Assembly: GCA_965197725.1 (NCBI GenBank)
Contig: CBDANQ010000057.1
Span: 32,001 to 96,000, forward strand
From: Longimicrobiales bacterium
GTDB lineage: Bacteria > Gemmatimonadota > Gemmatimonadetes > Longimicrobiales > Gaopeijiaceae
Length of the DNA: 64,000 nucleotides
Direction of reading: 5' to 3'
The position numbers and the translations under genes were made by a program. This document shows, in pieces, positions 1 through 10,596 of this stretch (within the stretch, counting starts at the first letter, position 1; each line of letters opens with the position of its first letter). The notes below the pieces were generated by a model that saw only the letters and a program-made list of their open reading frames with translations, did not search any database and had not been told where the DNA came from.

Positions 1-96
1 GTCGCGGGTGTATCACCGCCGGAGGTTACCTTTCGAGTGGCCAGAAATCTCCACCACCACGGTGCAGCGGATGATCGACCCGACTCAGGTGGTGTC

Positions 97-177
97 ATGA
101 CGGAGCGCGATCCCGACATCCTCAACGAAGACGAAGCGGTCCGCGTCTGGCAGCGCGCGGCTCACCTTCAGCCTTAG
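97..177 (+). pseudogene. N-terminal scrap of a hypothetical protein (MTERDPDILNEDEAVRVWQRAAHLQP*)
   Basis: ATG after a purine-rich leader; helical-looking N-terminus ends at an in-frame TAG, followed by AARRA and then unrelated sequence. Confidence 0.35.
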
Positions 178-197
178 GCGGCCCGAAGAGCCGGACG

Positions 198-267
198 CTC
201 GCCGACTTTCATCCCCGGGTCCACTTCCACTTCGTTCCCACCGGCGCCTCTTGGCTCAATCTCGTGA
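198..267 (+). pseudogene. IS630-family transposase fragment
   Basis: Translates LADFHPRVHFHFVPTGASWLNLV, matching the IS630 HPRFxxHFTPTxASWLNxVE motif; rest of the gene is absent. Confidence 0.7.
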
Positions 268-633
268 TCGCCCCGCGCCAGGAGCACGGGAGACGATCGG
301 TCCCAATACGCCCCCTCCTTCCGGTGAGCGTTGGCGGCATGACGCTCCTCTACCTCACCCCTGACGAACTCACCCCAGCCGCCGCGTCTGCGCTATAATA
401 GTCCATCGTCTCCTCGAAGTCGGAGACGATCCGAACGCATGGACTGTGCCCGCGGTATGGCCAGCGACGATGTCTCTGCTGTGGTGCTCGGGGGCGAAGC
501 GGGTGTGCGTGCGTTCACGGTTGTCCAGAGGGTGAGGGGGACGAGGTGATGGACGTGACTGAGGGCTGAGGTCGGTGGCTTGTGCGAAGCGACGGATCAC
601 CGCAGAGCCACCGTACCGACGGTAGGATTCAGC

Positions 634-825
634 ATGGTCGACCTAGAGGAGTCCGCAAGCAGCCGGAGAGGTGACCGAGAGAAGGCCCGGATCGACGCGG
701 CGCTGATCGCCGCGCGCTCGCAACGGGCGCAGAGGAGAACGCGAACAAGGATTGCGAAGCAAGCGCTCAGCTGGGGCACCCTGATCGCCCTCGTCGCGTT
801 GCTCAAGATCTTCGGGGTTCGCTGA
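634..825 (+). CDS. Small protein with basic N-region and a single C-terminal TM helix
   Basis: ATG at 634 preceded by AGGA; ends WGTLIALVALLKIFGVR; start could be 580. Confidence 0.55.
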   Translation: MVDLEESASSRRGDREKARIDAALIAARSQRAQRRTRTRIAKQALSWGTLIALVALLKIFGVR

Positions 826-903
826 TCGCGCATCACGCGTCCGACTCCCTCGCCCTATACTTTTCGGGCGACCGGCGATCTTCGTAGGAAGGAGGTGTTT
901 CGG

Positions 904-1164
904 GTGAGCCCCAGCGCAGCAGAGGTCGAGGCCAAAAAGGAGTCATTCCGCCGGCTCGGTGCCAAGGAGATCCGGCGCCGGCTGGATAACAACGAGATCG
1001 GGCCTACTGGAAGCTGGGAGAAGCGAGTCGCGTGGAGTGTCTTCCGGGACCTCGCCGCTGAGCAGAAGGCTCGCCGCCCGACCGCCAATGGAAAGGCGAT
1101 AGCCCTTGGTGTCTCCCTTGTTGCGGCACTCGCGCTGGTGCTCAAAATCCTGGGCATTATCTAG
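904..1164 (+). CDS. Small protein with a single C-terminal TM helix
   Basis: Strong SD AGGAAGGAGG upstream of GTG 904 (ORF track starts at 895); ends IALGVSLVAALALVLKILGII. Confidence 0.6.
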   Translation: MSPSAAEVEAKKESFRRLGAKEIRRRLDNNEIGPTGSWEKRVAWSVFRDLAAEQKARRPTANGKAIALGVSLVAALALVLKILGII

Positions 1165-1280
1165 GTGCCTCAGCGAGCCAGGCGCCGCGAACGCCGACGC
1201 CGAACCCCCTCACACTGCGGGCACCGGAGATCAGTCAACGCCGCTCATCGGCTCGTCGGGTGGGACCCTCACGGAACCCC

Positions 1281-2615
1281 CTAGCGTAAGGGAGCTTCGA
1301 ACCACCCCCAAAACACCACCATGATCACGGTCGCGACGGCTAGGGTCACGAGCATCGCCGGCATGCCCTTTCTGAACCACAGCCCCGGAGTGATCGCCAA
1401 GCTCGGATCGTTTTCCTCACGCGCCAAGCGCTCGGAGATCGTGACGATGAACACGTTGGCCGTCGAACCGATGTGGGTGCCATTCCCGCCGAGTCCCACG
1501 CCCATCGCGAGCCCCCACCATATCGGCGTCACGTTGATCCCCTGCGTCTCCATACCGAGGATGATCGGGATCATCGCCGCGGTGAACGGAATGTTATCGA
1601 TCGCCGCCGATAGAAAGGCGGCGACCCACATCAGCACAATCGTCGCTACCATCAGATCGTTTTGGGCGAAAGGCAGGATGAACTGACCTACGTAGACGAG
1701 GAACTCACTGTGCTCCACGCCGCCGACCACCATGAAAAGGCCGATGAAGAAGATCAGCAGTGGGACTTCGAGGTGCTCCACCGCATGATCCATCAGCAGG
1801 TTCCGGGACGCGAACACCAACGCGGTCATGCCAAGCGCTGCAACGAACCACGGCTCCCATCCCAAGCGCCCGTGAAGAATGAAGAGGACGACCATGGCGC
1901 CGAGGACGATCAGGGAGGCCTTCCAGAGCCTCGGGTCCTTGATCTCACCCTTTTCGTGGAAAGTATCGGCCGGTTCTACAGCCAGCTCTTTCCGGAAGAG
2001 GAACTTGAGAAACAAGAGGACCGCGAGCCAAACCACGGCAACCGGTGGCCCCATGCGGATCACGAAGTCGTTGAATGAAATGTCCGCCGCCGAGCCGATC
2101 ATGAGGTTCGGGGGATCGCCCACGAGCGTGCCGATGCCACCCGTATCGGCAAGCAATGCCGCCCCCAGGAGGTAAGGGATCGGATTGATCTTCTGCGCCT
2201 TCGCGATCAGGATGATCAGCGGCCCGAAGATCACGACCGTCGTCACATTGTCGAGCAACAGCGAAAGTACCGTCACACAAGTGCCGAGCAGCACCAGCAT
2301 CAGGTAGAGCCGTCCTTTGCTGAACGCAGCCAGCTTGAACGCCAACCAACCGAAACCCCCGGTCGGGATCATGATCGAGACGATCGTCATCATCGCCGCG
2401 AGCAGGAAGATCACGTTCCAGTCCACCGCCTCGACCGCTTCCTCCGGTGTGTAGAAGCCGTAGATCTGGCCCACGATCACCATCGCAACGGAGCCCGCTG
2501 CAGCGACCTTCGCCCGCTCCATGCCATGAAGTTGCTCAGTGAAGATGCCGATGAACGTCACCGCCAGAACGATCCCCGAGGCGATCATCGCATTCGTTAA
2601 GACTAGCTGCTCCAT
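1281..2615 (-). CDS. ArsB/NhaD (SLC13/P-protein-like) ion permease
   Basis: 444 aa, many TM segments; LLDNVTT, TLVGDPPNLMIGS, SAAIDNIPF and GGNGTHIGSTAN motifs. Confidence 0.9.
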   Translation of the reverse strand: MEQLVLTNAMIASGIVLAVTFIGIFTEQLHGMERAKVAAAGSVAMVIVGQIYGFYTPEEAVEAVDWNVIFLLAAMMTIVSIMIPTGGFGWLAFKLAAFSKGRLYLMLVLLGTCVTVLSLLLDNVTTVVIFGPLIILIAKAQKINPIPYLLGAALLADTGGIGTLVGDPPNLMIGSAADISFNDFVIRMGPPVAVVWLAVLLFLKFLFRKELAVEPADTFHEKGEIKDPRLWKASLIVLGAMVVLFILHGRLGWEPWFVAALGMTALVFASRNLLMDHAVEHLEVPLLIFFIGLFMVVGGVEHSEFLVYVGQFILPFAQNDLMVATIVLMWVAAFLSAAIDNIPFTAAMIPIILGMETQGINVTPIWWGLAMGVGLGGNGTHIGSTANVFIVTISERLAREENDPSLAITPGLWFRKGMPAMLVTLAVATVIMVVFWGWFEAPLR

Positions 2616-2728
2616 CTCTATGGTCTCCGGAGGTTGAGTCGATAGACGTAAAAAGCCTCAGGCGGCGGCGCAGTTCACGCAGTTCACGATGTCCAGCCGG
2701 ATTGCCGCCCGGGGAAATGCGGGACCCG

Positions 2729-3668
2729 CTACACTTGAATCGGCGCCTCGAAGCCTTCCGGCTTCAGGGTCAAGACGGAGCAGTCTACGGCGTTCAGAAC
2801 CTTTTCGGCCGTGTTTCCGAATCAGAAGCCCCGGAACTCCGGCGCGCCCAACCGTGCCGATGACCACCAGGTCCACTTCGAGGCTCTCGGCGAGGTCAGG
2901 AATGACGTCTCCGGCCTGACCCTCCGTGAGGTGAACGGTTCTCTTGTCGTACGGGTAGAGACCCAGAAGGCGATCTAGCTCGGATTGGTGAGCGCCCTCG
3001 ATGCTTCGTACGATCTTATCGACATCCGTTGTGTCGATCTGCCGCCCCCTCAACGCTGTCTCGGCCGCCAGCCGCCAAGCGTGCACGACGTGCAAGTCAC
3101 TCCCCTCTTCCGTAGCCAGAGACGTGGCGAGCGCCATGATCCGCGTGGCCAGCGACTCCGTGTCCGGCTCAGTCGGGTCTAAATCCACGGCCGCAAGAAT
3201 TTTACGGAGTTGGGTTTCCCTCGACGGCTTTACGATCCACACCGGACAAGGACAGTTCCGCATCAGCTTCTGTTCACCAGTGCCGAACAACCTCTTCCAC
3301 TTCCCGGTATCTCCTTCGGCAGCTTTCATGACGAGATCGTGGTGATTGACGAGTACCGCCAGAATCACCGATAAAGGCATGGCGCCCGTTTCCACTGCCA
3401 CGTCGATGGTCAACTGTGGATGTTCTGAGATAGCCTCCTGACGCAGGCTCTCGAGCTCCTCGCGGCGCTCCTCGAGGTGGGCCCTGTTTATCGCCTCAAC
3501 CGCGGAACGGGTCTCTTGGTCATTGAACTGATAGCCCTCTGCATCGAGTGCAGCGAAAAGCGTGAGCTTCGCGCTATTGGCGCTGGCGAGCGCAACTGCA
3601 CGCGCTAGCACCGACTCCTCGCCCTCACTGCCGTCCGCCACAAAAAGGATGCTCTTACAGAGTCGCAC
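2729..3668 (-). CDS. Tandem-domain universal stress protein (UspE-like), one frameshift near 2820
   Basis: Two Usp domains (HDLVMK..LFGT..LMRNCPCPVWIVK; DLVVIGTVGRAG); removing one T restores LIGNTAEKVLNAVDCSVLTLKP..QV* ending at 2729. Confidence 0.85.
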
Positions 3669-3928
3669 TTGGCTGTCCGCCTTTACATGTAGAGTGTGGA
3701 CCCAGAACAACGTTACGCCTCACCCACGGAAGGAGGTATATATCGGAGCGAACGCTCGTGCGTCAAGCTGGTGCCGACCCCTCAGGGCACCCCATGCTCC
3801 GCCACCCGAGGGGACCACAGGATCGACTCGTCGCGAGCGGCACCGGACAACCCTCCCGGAGGCCCCTCGCCTCTGGCCGGTGGGACCTCCTTCCCGGCTA
3901 CGGACTTCACGTAGGCTCCCCGGACGAC

Positions 3929-5385
3929 GAAGGTGTCCCCGGCTCAGTTGAAGGTGGTGACTCCGAGGCTTTCGTGATTAACCTGCCATCTTCATTTCGG
4001 CAACCGGCTCGCGGTCATCGAGGTGAGCTTTGAGCATCCAGAGTTGGTCGAAGCCGACGATGCGTCGGTAGTTCTTCTCGGTCTCGACGAAGGAGGCAGC
4101 GGCCCATCTCAGTGCCATCGCTCCGTTCTTCCAGTTCGTCACCCTATAGGTCTTCTGCCTCACGCCTGCGTGGGTGCTGTCGATCAGGTTCGTGGTGCCG
4201 AGGCACTTCCTCAGCCGAGGCGGTAGCCCAAGCCGGTTGATTGTGAACATCTCACCCAGCCCCTCCCTCAGGCTCGCTGCGGCCGACGGCTGATCTCGTT
4301 CAAGCCACCGCGCGAGCTGCTCGAGTTTCTGCACGCCGTCCCTCGCGTCGAGCTTCCAGGCCGCGCGGATCGCGGCCTTCACCTGCGGGTGCTGATCCTT
4401 CGGTAGGTGAGCGAGCACGTTTCTGAGCTTGTGATGTCGGCATCTCTGGACCGAGTGGCCCGCGCCGAACACCTGAACAATCGCCTTCCGTAACGCCTTC
4501 GAGCCATCGATCACGAACAGGCGTCGACGCTCGGGGTCCAGACCCCGCTCGACCAGATCCTGCAGCAGGGCCGTCGTCACTTCGGTGTTCTCACTCGCTC
4601 CCTGCCGCATCCCCAGCACGTGCTTCTTGCCGTCCGTGTCCACGCCCACAGCCGCAAGTACGTGGTGCGCACCGAGTTGGATACCGTCCAGGTAGATCAC
4701 CAACAGATCCCATGCGTCCAGCCGCCGCTCCATCAGCTCCTTCAGCACGCGCTCCGACGCTTCGATCGTCTCGCGGCTCACCGACGACTTGCTCACCCCC
4801 ACCGTGTCGGCCATCTCGCCGATCACCTGGCCGTATTTCCGGGTGCTCACACCTGCCATCAGGATCTCCAACATTCGGTCCGCCATGGTGCCCGGCCTGC
4901 GCATCGCCTCGTACGCTGGCACCTCGACCTCGCCGCCCTGGCCGCCAGTCCGCTCACGCAGCCGAGGCCGCTGGATACGGACCTTTCGGTCCGACAGGTA
5001 GACCTGACCGCCCTGGCGGCCGTACCAGACCGTCGCCCCCTCCTCGCGTGCCTTGCCCGATTGCTTCGGGCCCGCCACTCCTTCGGCGCTCATCTCGAGT
5101 ACCGCCTCGATCGTCGCTCGGCCCATCACCTGGACGACTTCGTCGATCGCGAGCTCCGTGTGCTCTACGAGCTCGACCATCGGCAGCAGGAACTGGCCTT
5201 CTCGCTTCACGAACTCAGCCATCGCACGCCTGTCCGTGTCACTCGCTACTTCGTACGTTCTCTTCATCGTGGTGGCTCCGTTTTTGGGTTTTTAGCGCAC
5301 CCGATCCTATCGGATCGGGCACCCTCGGAGCCACCACTTTTCTTTTCCCTCTTCAGGGACCTTCAACTACGGCTGGGTCAGCTTC
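3929..5385 (-). mobile_element. IS256-family element
   Basis: 27-bp imperfect terminal IRs gaaggtgtccccggctcagttgaaggt / gaagctgacccagccgtagttgaaggt; no matching target duplication. Confidence 0.85.
3978..5267 (-). CDS. IS256 (Mutator-type) transposase
   Basis: 429 aa; GVSTRKY, IYLDG, IDGSKAL, QRCRHHK and TTNLIDS motifs. Confidence 0.95.
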   Translation of the reverse strand: MKRTYEVASDTDRRAMAEFVKREGQFLLPMVELVEHTELAIDEVVQVMGRATIEAVLEMSAEGVAGPKQSGKAREEGATVWYGRQGGQVYLSDRKVRIQRPRLRERTGGQGGEVEVPAYEAMRRPGTMADRMLEILMAGVSTRKYGQVIGEMADTVGVSKSSVSRETIEASERVLKELMERRLDAWDLLVIYLDGIQLGAHHVLAAVGVDTDGKKHVLGMRQGASENTEVTTALLQDLVERGLDPERRRLFVIDGSKALRKAIVQVFGAGHSVQRCRHHKLRNVLAHLPKDQHPQVKAAIRAAWKLDARDGVQKLEQLARWLERDQPSAAASLREGLGEMFTINRLGLPPRLRKCLGTTNLIDSTHAGVRQKTYRVTNWKNGAMALRWAAASFVETEKNYRRIVGFDQLWMLKAHLDDREPVAEMKMAG

Positions 5386-6199
5386 TCGGAGATTCTTCCA
5401 CGACCTGCGGACAACGTTGAGCGGAAAGCTTGTGCTCTTGTATGTGATTCTCGCTGTTCCTCTCGCCCTGAGCTATCTGACCGGGGACAGCGAGATGTTT
5501 GGGGTGGTGGGGCCATACCAGGAGCTTCAGTTGCTCCGGGTGGCCAACGTCGTGCTGCTCGTCGTGACCTGCGTTTCGGTCTTCGCGGCGCTCGCCATGC
5601 AGGTCGCGAACTTCCAAGGACACCGAGCCACTGATGCATTTCCCGGGGGCCGTTCCCGGCCTAGCGGCCTACGTGCTTCTCGTCCCTGGCATAGGTGCCT
5701 CGATCCTGCTTCTGGGGATCGTTCACGCCATGGGGTATGGGCGGTTGCTCGTCTCCCATTCGTCAGGTCGCCTGGAGCCGGTCCTGGCCACCGGCTCGAT
5801 CTTTGTGCTCTCGCTCACCCTGCTCGGCCTCGTGTCCGCGGGAGCGTTCAGAGCGGTTGTGCTCCGCGCCGGCGCGCGATTCAATCTTTGGGGGCTCCGG
5901 GCGTCGGCGGGATTGGCCGGAGTGCTTGCATTCCTCGCGCTCATCGCGGTGCCCGGCGTCGTCGTCTCCCACGGAGGTGAGGCTTTAGCCGCGAACATCG
6001 CGTCGCTCGACTTCGTCACGCCCCTGGTCCAGTGGGTCGTCTCAGGACCGTGGACTCGGTGGCCCCTCGTCATCTTGCCTCCGGTGGCCCTCATCACCGT
6101 GGCGTTGGCGCCCTCACTGTATTGAGCCTGCTCGGGATTGCGGTTGCGGGTGGCATGGGCCTGTTCGGCGCCAAGCGACTCGGGGAGTCGGAGATATGA
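5386..6199 (+). pseudogene. ABC exporter permease, 5'-truncated by IS256, frameshifted near 5617 and near 6110
   Basis: Continuous hydrophobic TM-coding sequence across three frames; final frame ends ..GLFGAKRLGESEI* with its TGA overlapping the ATPase ATG (ATGA). Confidence 0.65.
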
Positions 6200-6888
6200 C
6201 CGCGGCGCTAGTCTACGAGTCCGTCACGAAGTACTACGACGACAAGCTGGCTGTCGACGGCCTCAGCCTCGACGTGGAACCGGGAAACGTCTTCTGTTTT
6301 CTCGGCCCGAACGGAGCGGGGAAGACGACCGCGATCCATATGCTTATGGGTCTGAAGCATCCGTCCAGCGGTGACATCAAGATCAACGGTGTGAGCATCG
6401 CTTCACGTCAAATCGGCATCGAGCGCAAGAGGATCGGATATGTCGCCGAGAATCCGAAGCTCTACGACTTTCTGACCGGCGCGGAGTTCGTCGACCTCAT
6501 TGCGAAGCTCTACGGCCGCGACTCCCGCTCCTCCCGAGGCGCCGAGTATCTCCAGAGATTCGGCCTCGGCAAGGACGTCGACCGTGTGATTCGGGGCTAT
6601 TCCCTCGGGATGAAAAAGAAGACCGCGCTCGCTGCCGCCCTCTCTTTCGATCCCAATATCCTGGTGCTCGATGAACCGACCGGGGGGCTCGACGTATACG
6701 GCGCCCGAGAGGTCAAAGCCGTGATCCGGGAAGCGGTCGATGCGGACAAGACGGTGTTCTTCACCACGCACATCCTGGAGTTGGCCGAGCGACTCGCGGA
6801 CCACATCGCCATCATCGCCGAGGGCAGACTGGTCTCGTCCGGATCTCTCGACCAGTTGAGAGAGGCACACGGGAGTCTCGCCGCCTCT

Positions 6889-8355
6889 CTAGCAGTCCGT
6901 GGAAGAAATAGGTTCCCAGCGGATGATGGGTGGGAGAGAAGGCAGACACGCGGGGGCTGTGTTGTTGTGCAAGAAGCGGGTTTTGGGGTCTGACGAGGCG
7001 ATATTCGGCCCAAGGAAGGCGAAATAGCGCCGAATACGGCGGAAAAAGCGCGAGACGCGGGTTGTAACCTGAGTTGCGAGCGCAGCTTGTACGGTAGCGA
7101 GGCCCTGTAACGCACGGGGGGTTCCAACCCCGAACCGCTTGCGCATGAGAAGGCCGAGGTTGAAGGCCGCCGCGTGGATCAACATCCGTTTTCGAATCTC
7201 CTCCTGGCCCCGTATGTGGACGCGACGCAGCCCTCCGGTCACAAGCAAGTGCGCAAACCCCCGCTCCACCTTCTCGCCGCGCTGGCGCAGCAGCCGCATC
7301 CCCCGGTTGCCGCGGATCCGGCGGCGGTTGTCGTAGGTCGGCGTCTGCGCGTCCCGGTTGTTCTTCCATTTCCGGCACCCGCGGTTGGGCTCGCTCACAT
7401 AGCTGCGCAGCTCCCGCTCCTTCACGCCCGTCATGGTCTTGTTCGAGTGGTAGCCTTTGTCGGCCACCACTTCCTCGGGCTCTACCTGCACTACTTCCAG
7501 CTGCCGCTCTGCCTCGTCCAGCGTGTTGGGCAGCGACGCCACATCTCCCCCGTCCATCGTCTGCACCGTCACCGCCACAAGCGCACCGGTCTCCATGTCG
7601 ACCGCCTGCTCCAACTTGTGCGCCAGGCGCGTCCTGCCGTCCTTCATCTTCGTGATCCGCGCCTCCGGGTCGTGCGGATGCACCCAGTCCTTGTTCGAGC
7701 CCTTCTTCGGACGCTTCCGGTCCAGCGTCGTCAGATCCTTGCGCGTCGGCGTCTCGATCCCCGACGCCCGGGCCACCTGCTCCAGCCATTCATCGTAGCC
7801 CAACCCGTCGTCGCGCCGCACGATCGTGCGCATCGCCGCATTCGCCTCCAGCGTCGTCGAGTCGACGCCCAGCGTCTTGCCGCTCAGCAACCCCGACCCC
7901 TTCAGCAGCTCCAGCACCCGCCCGAACACCGCCGCGTGCGCTTCCACGCTCAGGCGCTTGCGCGTCTTCGACAGGGTCGAATGCTCCGGCGGGTTCTTCG
8001 CCCACCCGTATCCCAGAAACTCACGCAACGACAACGAGTCCCCACACCGCCAGGCAATGCCCCGCTCCGAGCCGATCCCTTCCAGGTAGCCCACCATCAT
8101 CATTCGGAAATACACCCCGGGAGCAATCCCCGGCCGACCCCGATTGTCCGCGTAGAACTCACGGCATGCCTCTTCCGCGAACTCGTCAAACCCGCTTTTC
8201 GCCAGAAGCTCGTTCAAGGCCCAGTAGAACGGGTTGTCCAAGGCCCGAATCTCGCTCGCCACCACGAACATCTCGCCCTGCCGAGCCTCGGGCCGCTTGC
8301 CTACCGCCATCGCCGTCCTCGCTGCAAAAACCCTCGTGTCCTCCTGATTTAACAC
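6889..8355 (-). CDS. DDE transposase (DUF772 + DDE, IS1182-like)
   Basis: GRPGIAPGVYFRM..SERGIAWR (DUF772-like), VDST, ADKGY, VERGFA; likely start is MAVGKR. Confidence 0.9.
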   Translation of the reverse strand: MLNQEDTRVFAARTAMAVGKRPEARQGEMFVVASEIRALDNPFYWALNELLAKSGFDEFAEEACREFYADNRGRPGIAPGVYFRMMMVGYLEGIGSERGIAWRCGDSLSLREFLGYGWAKNPPEHSTLSKTRKRLSVEAHAAVFGRVLELLKGSGLLSGKTLGVDSTTLEANAAMRTIVRRDDGLGYDEWLEQVARASGIETPTRKDLTTLDRKRPKKGSNKDWVHPHDPEARITKMKDGRTRLAHKLEQAVDMETGALVAVTVQTMDGGDVASLPNTLDEAERQLEVVQVEPEEVVADKGYHSNKTMTGVKERELRSYVSEPNRGCRKWKNNRDAQTPTYDNRRRIRGNRGMRLLRQRGEKVERGFAHLLVTGGLRRVHIRGQEEIRKRMLIHAAAFNLGLLMRKRFGVGTPRALQGLATVQAALATQVTTRVSRFFRRIRRYFAFLGPNIASSDPKTRFLHNNTAPACLPSLPPIIRWEPISSTDC

Positions 8356-8387
8356 AACAGCGATGACCGGACTTTATCCACGGTCTG
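6893..8387 (-). mobile_element. IS1182-like element copy 1 (1495 bp)
   Basis: IRs cagaccgtggataaagt / cagtccgtggaagaaat; CTAG on both sides (6889-6892, 8388-8391). Confidence 0.92.
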
Positions 8388-8478
8388 CTAGAGGACATCT
8401 TCGTCGGCGTGGCGGGACCCGGAATTGAAGCCTAGCACATCGTTTCGATGTCCGATGGCTCCCAGGTAGTGTTTCGCC

Positions 8479-10596
8479 ATGCGGCGTAGGCGATATCCGG
8501 CGGTGCGGCAGCACGACCGGGTCGACTGCGGCCCGGCCGCCCTCCTGAGCGTGTTGAGGTTCTTTGGCGGGGACTACCCCTTGCCGGACGTGCGGCGGTT
8601 GGCGGGCACGACAAAGAGCGGTAGCTCAATGGCCGGTCTGGCCAACGCCGCTCGCCACCTCGGCCTCAGGGCCGAGGGTGCCGTGGGCACCTTCGACGAG
8701 CTTCGCGCCCAGGACCAGATGCCCTTCCTCGCCCATACCGTGCGTGAGGGGCTCTTGCACTTCCTGGTCGTATACGAGCTCGGCGATCGTTACGTCTTGG
8801 CCGCAGACCCCGCCCAGGGGTTGGTCCGGATGCGCGTGGAGGAGTTCCAGGAGTGCTGGACCGGAGCCGTCCTATTCGTGTCACCGGACGGAGCCCTGCA
8901 GCGGAAGAGTCCTCCTCACTGGACGCGCTGGATGCTGCAGCACTGCCGGCCCATTCTGGCCTGGGTTCAGCAAGCCGTCTTCCTCGGGGTGGTGTACTCG
9001 GGGCTCGGCATCGTCGTGGCCCTGTTCATCCGATGGTTGCTGGACGGTCTCATCCCGTCCGGTCAGGCGAACCGAATCGTGGTGGCAGGCTTCGCGCTGC
9101 TGGCCGTGGGTATCATTCAGGCGTGCCTGGGACTGCTCAGACAGCTCTTCGTCCTCGAGATCTCCAGACGACTCGGCAATTCCGTCGCGGGCGAATTTCT
9201 CGAGCGGCTGTTTCACCTTCCGCACGATTTCTTCGCCAGTCGCAGGATGGGAGACCTGACAGCCCGAGCGCACGACATCGGACGCATCCAATCCGCGGTA
9301 GCGGATCTCGTCGGCAGCTCAGTCCTGGCTGTTACCGTTGCGGTGACGTCTCTGCTTGCGGTGTGGGTCATCGCTCGCCCGCTCGCTCTCGCCGCCGTTT
9401 TCCTGATTCCCGCATACGCACTCATCCTGGCGGCCTTCGCCGCACGGTTGAAGTCCGACCAGCGCGAGGTCATGAGGGCGTTCGCGAACACGGAAGCCAC
9501 GTACCTCGACCATCTCTCGTGTCACGAGGAGATCCGCCTCAACGGATGGGTCGAGTGGGCCGTTTCCAGAACCGTCTCCGCCTACCGCGGTTTCCAGGAC
9601 TCGGCGTACGCACTGGGTCGTCGACACGAGCAGGTCGGTGCAGTTGCGCAAGGGTTCGGGTCCCTCCTCACGGTCGCCCTACTCGTGTTCGGTGGTGGCC
9701 TGGTGGTCTCAGATGGCCTGACAATCGGTTCCCTCGTGGCAGCCTACTCCTTACTCGCCGGAATCGTCGCTGGTGTCTCGCATGTCGTGGGCACTTGGGT
9801 GTCCTATCAGGGAGCTACCGTAGCCGCGGAGCGGCTACGCGACCTCCTTCTCGTCGAACCCGAGTCCACAGGCGGCAGACGCAGCCTCGAGCGCGTGTCG
9901 ACGGTGAGCCTGCGCGGCCTGTCATTCGACTGGCCCTCCGGAGATCCGCTCTTCCAGAACGTCGACGTCACGCTCGAGCCGGGCGTGGTCGCGCTCGCGG
10001 GACGCAACGGCGTCGGGAAGAGCACGCTCGCCCGGATTCTGACCCGACAGCTCCCGCCCTCCTCTGGCGAAGTCCTCATCAACTCGGCTCGCGCCTGCGA
10101 GTTCGAGCTCGCTTCCTACCGGCGCTGCGTCGCGGTTGTCGCCCAGGAGTCCCGGCTCTTTCGCTCGACCGTGCTCGAGAATCTGAATCCGGTGGGGGCC
10201 CACAGTACTGACCATGTGCGGGACTCGATCATGAATCTGGGTCTCCACTCGGCGTTCCGCAGACCGGCGCTGGCCTTGGGGCGGCCTGTAGGTGAGCGCG
10301 GCGGCTCGCTCTCGGCAGGCGAACGCCAAATCATCGGGCTCACCAGGGCCCTTCTCACGAAGCCGTCCGTGCTCATCCTGGACGAGGCCTTGGCCGTGCT
10401 GGATATCGGACTCCGGAAAATGGTCTTCGAGCCCCTGAGGAGATACGCGCGGGAAAACATCGTCCTGCTCATCTCACACCACGGCGATCAACTGCGCTCG
10501 GCCGATCGACTCCTCGTTCTCCATGCCCGGGGAATTCAGGAGCTGCCCACCCCGTCTCGAATCGACGATTCGGAGCTGGCCCGGCTGGTCGCATGA
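8479..10596 (+). CDS. Peptidase C39-containing ABC transporter (PCAT, SunT/LanT-like peptide exporter)
   Basis: 705 aa; QHDRVDCGPA (catalytic Cys), HFLVVY, ADPAQG; TM domain; GRNGVGKST, LSAGERQ, LILDEA. Confidence 0.92.
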   Translation: MRRRRYPAVRQHDRVDCGPAALLSVLRFFGGDYPLPDVRRLAGTTKSGSSMAGLANAARHLGLRAEGAVGTFDELRAQDQMPFLAHTVREGLLHFLVVYELGDRYVLAADPAQGLVRMRVEEFQECWTGAVLFVSPDGALQRKSPPHWTRWMLQHCRPILAWVQQAVFLGVVYSGLGIVVALFIRWLLDGLIPSGQANRIVVAGFALLAVGIIQACLGLLRQLFVLEISRRLGNSVAGEFLERLFHLPHDFFASRRMGDLTARAHDIGRIQSAVADLVGSSVLAVTVAVTSLLAVWVIARPLALAAVFLIPAYALILAAFAARLKSDQREVMRAFANTEATYLDHLSCHEEIRLNGWVEWAVSRTVSAYRGFQDSAYALGRRHEQVGAVAQGFGSLLTVALLVFGGGLVVSDGLTIGSLVAAYSLLAGIVAGVSHVVGTWVSYQGATVAAERLRDLLLVEPESTGGRRSLERVSTVSLRGLSFDWPSGDPLFQNVDVTLEPGVVALAGRNGVGKSTLARILTRQLPPSSGEVLINSARACEFELASYRRCVAVVAQESRLFRSTVLENLNPVGAHSTDHVRDSIMNLGLHSAFRRPALALGRPVGERGGSLSAGERQIIGLTRALLTKPSVLILDEALAVLDIGLRKMVFEPLRRYARENIVLLISHHGDQLRSADRLLVLHARGIQELPTPSRIDDSELARLVA

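Larger units (their letters stand above)
6196..8435 (+). pseudogene. ABC transporter ATP-binding protein, split near its C-terminus by IS1182-like copy 1 (6196-6892 + 8392-8435)
   Basis: GPNGAGKTT, YSLGMKKK, LVLDEP, H-loop; removing the IS and one CTAG restores ..ASLEDIFVGVAGPGIEA*. Confidence 0.9.

Noticed and set aside
7174..8352. 392-aa antisense ORF repeated in every IS1182-like copy
   Set aside because: Shadow frame of a GC-rich transposase; it repeats only because the IS does and has no recognisable motifs
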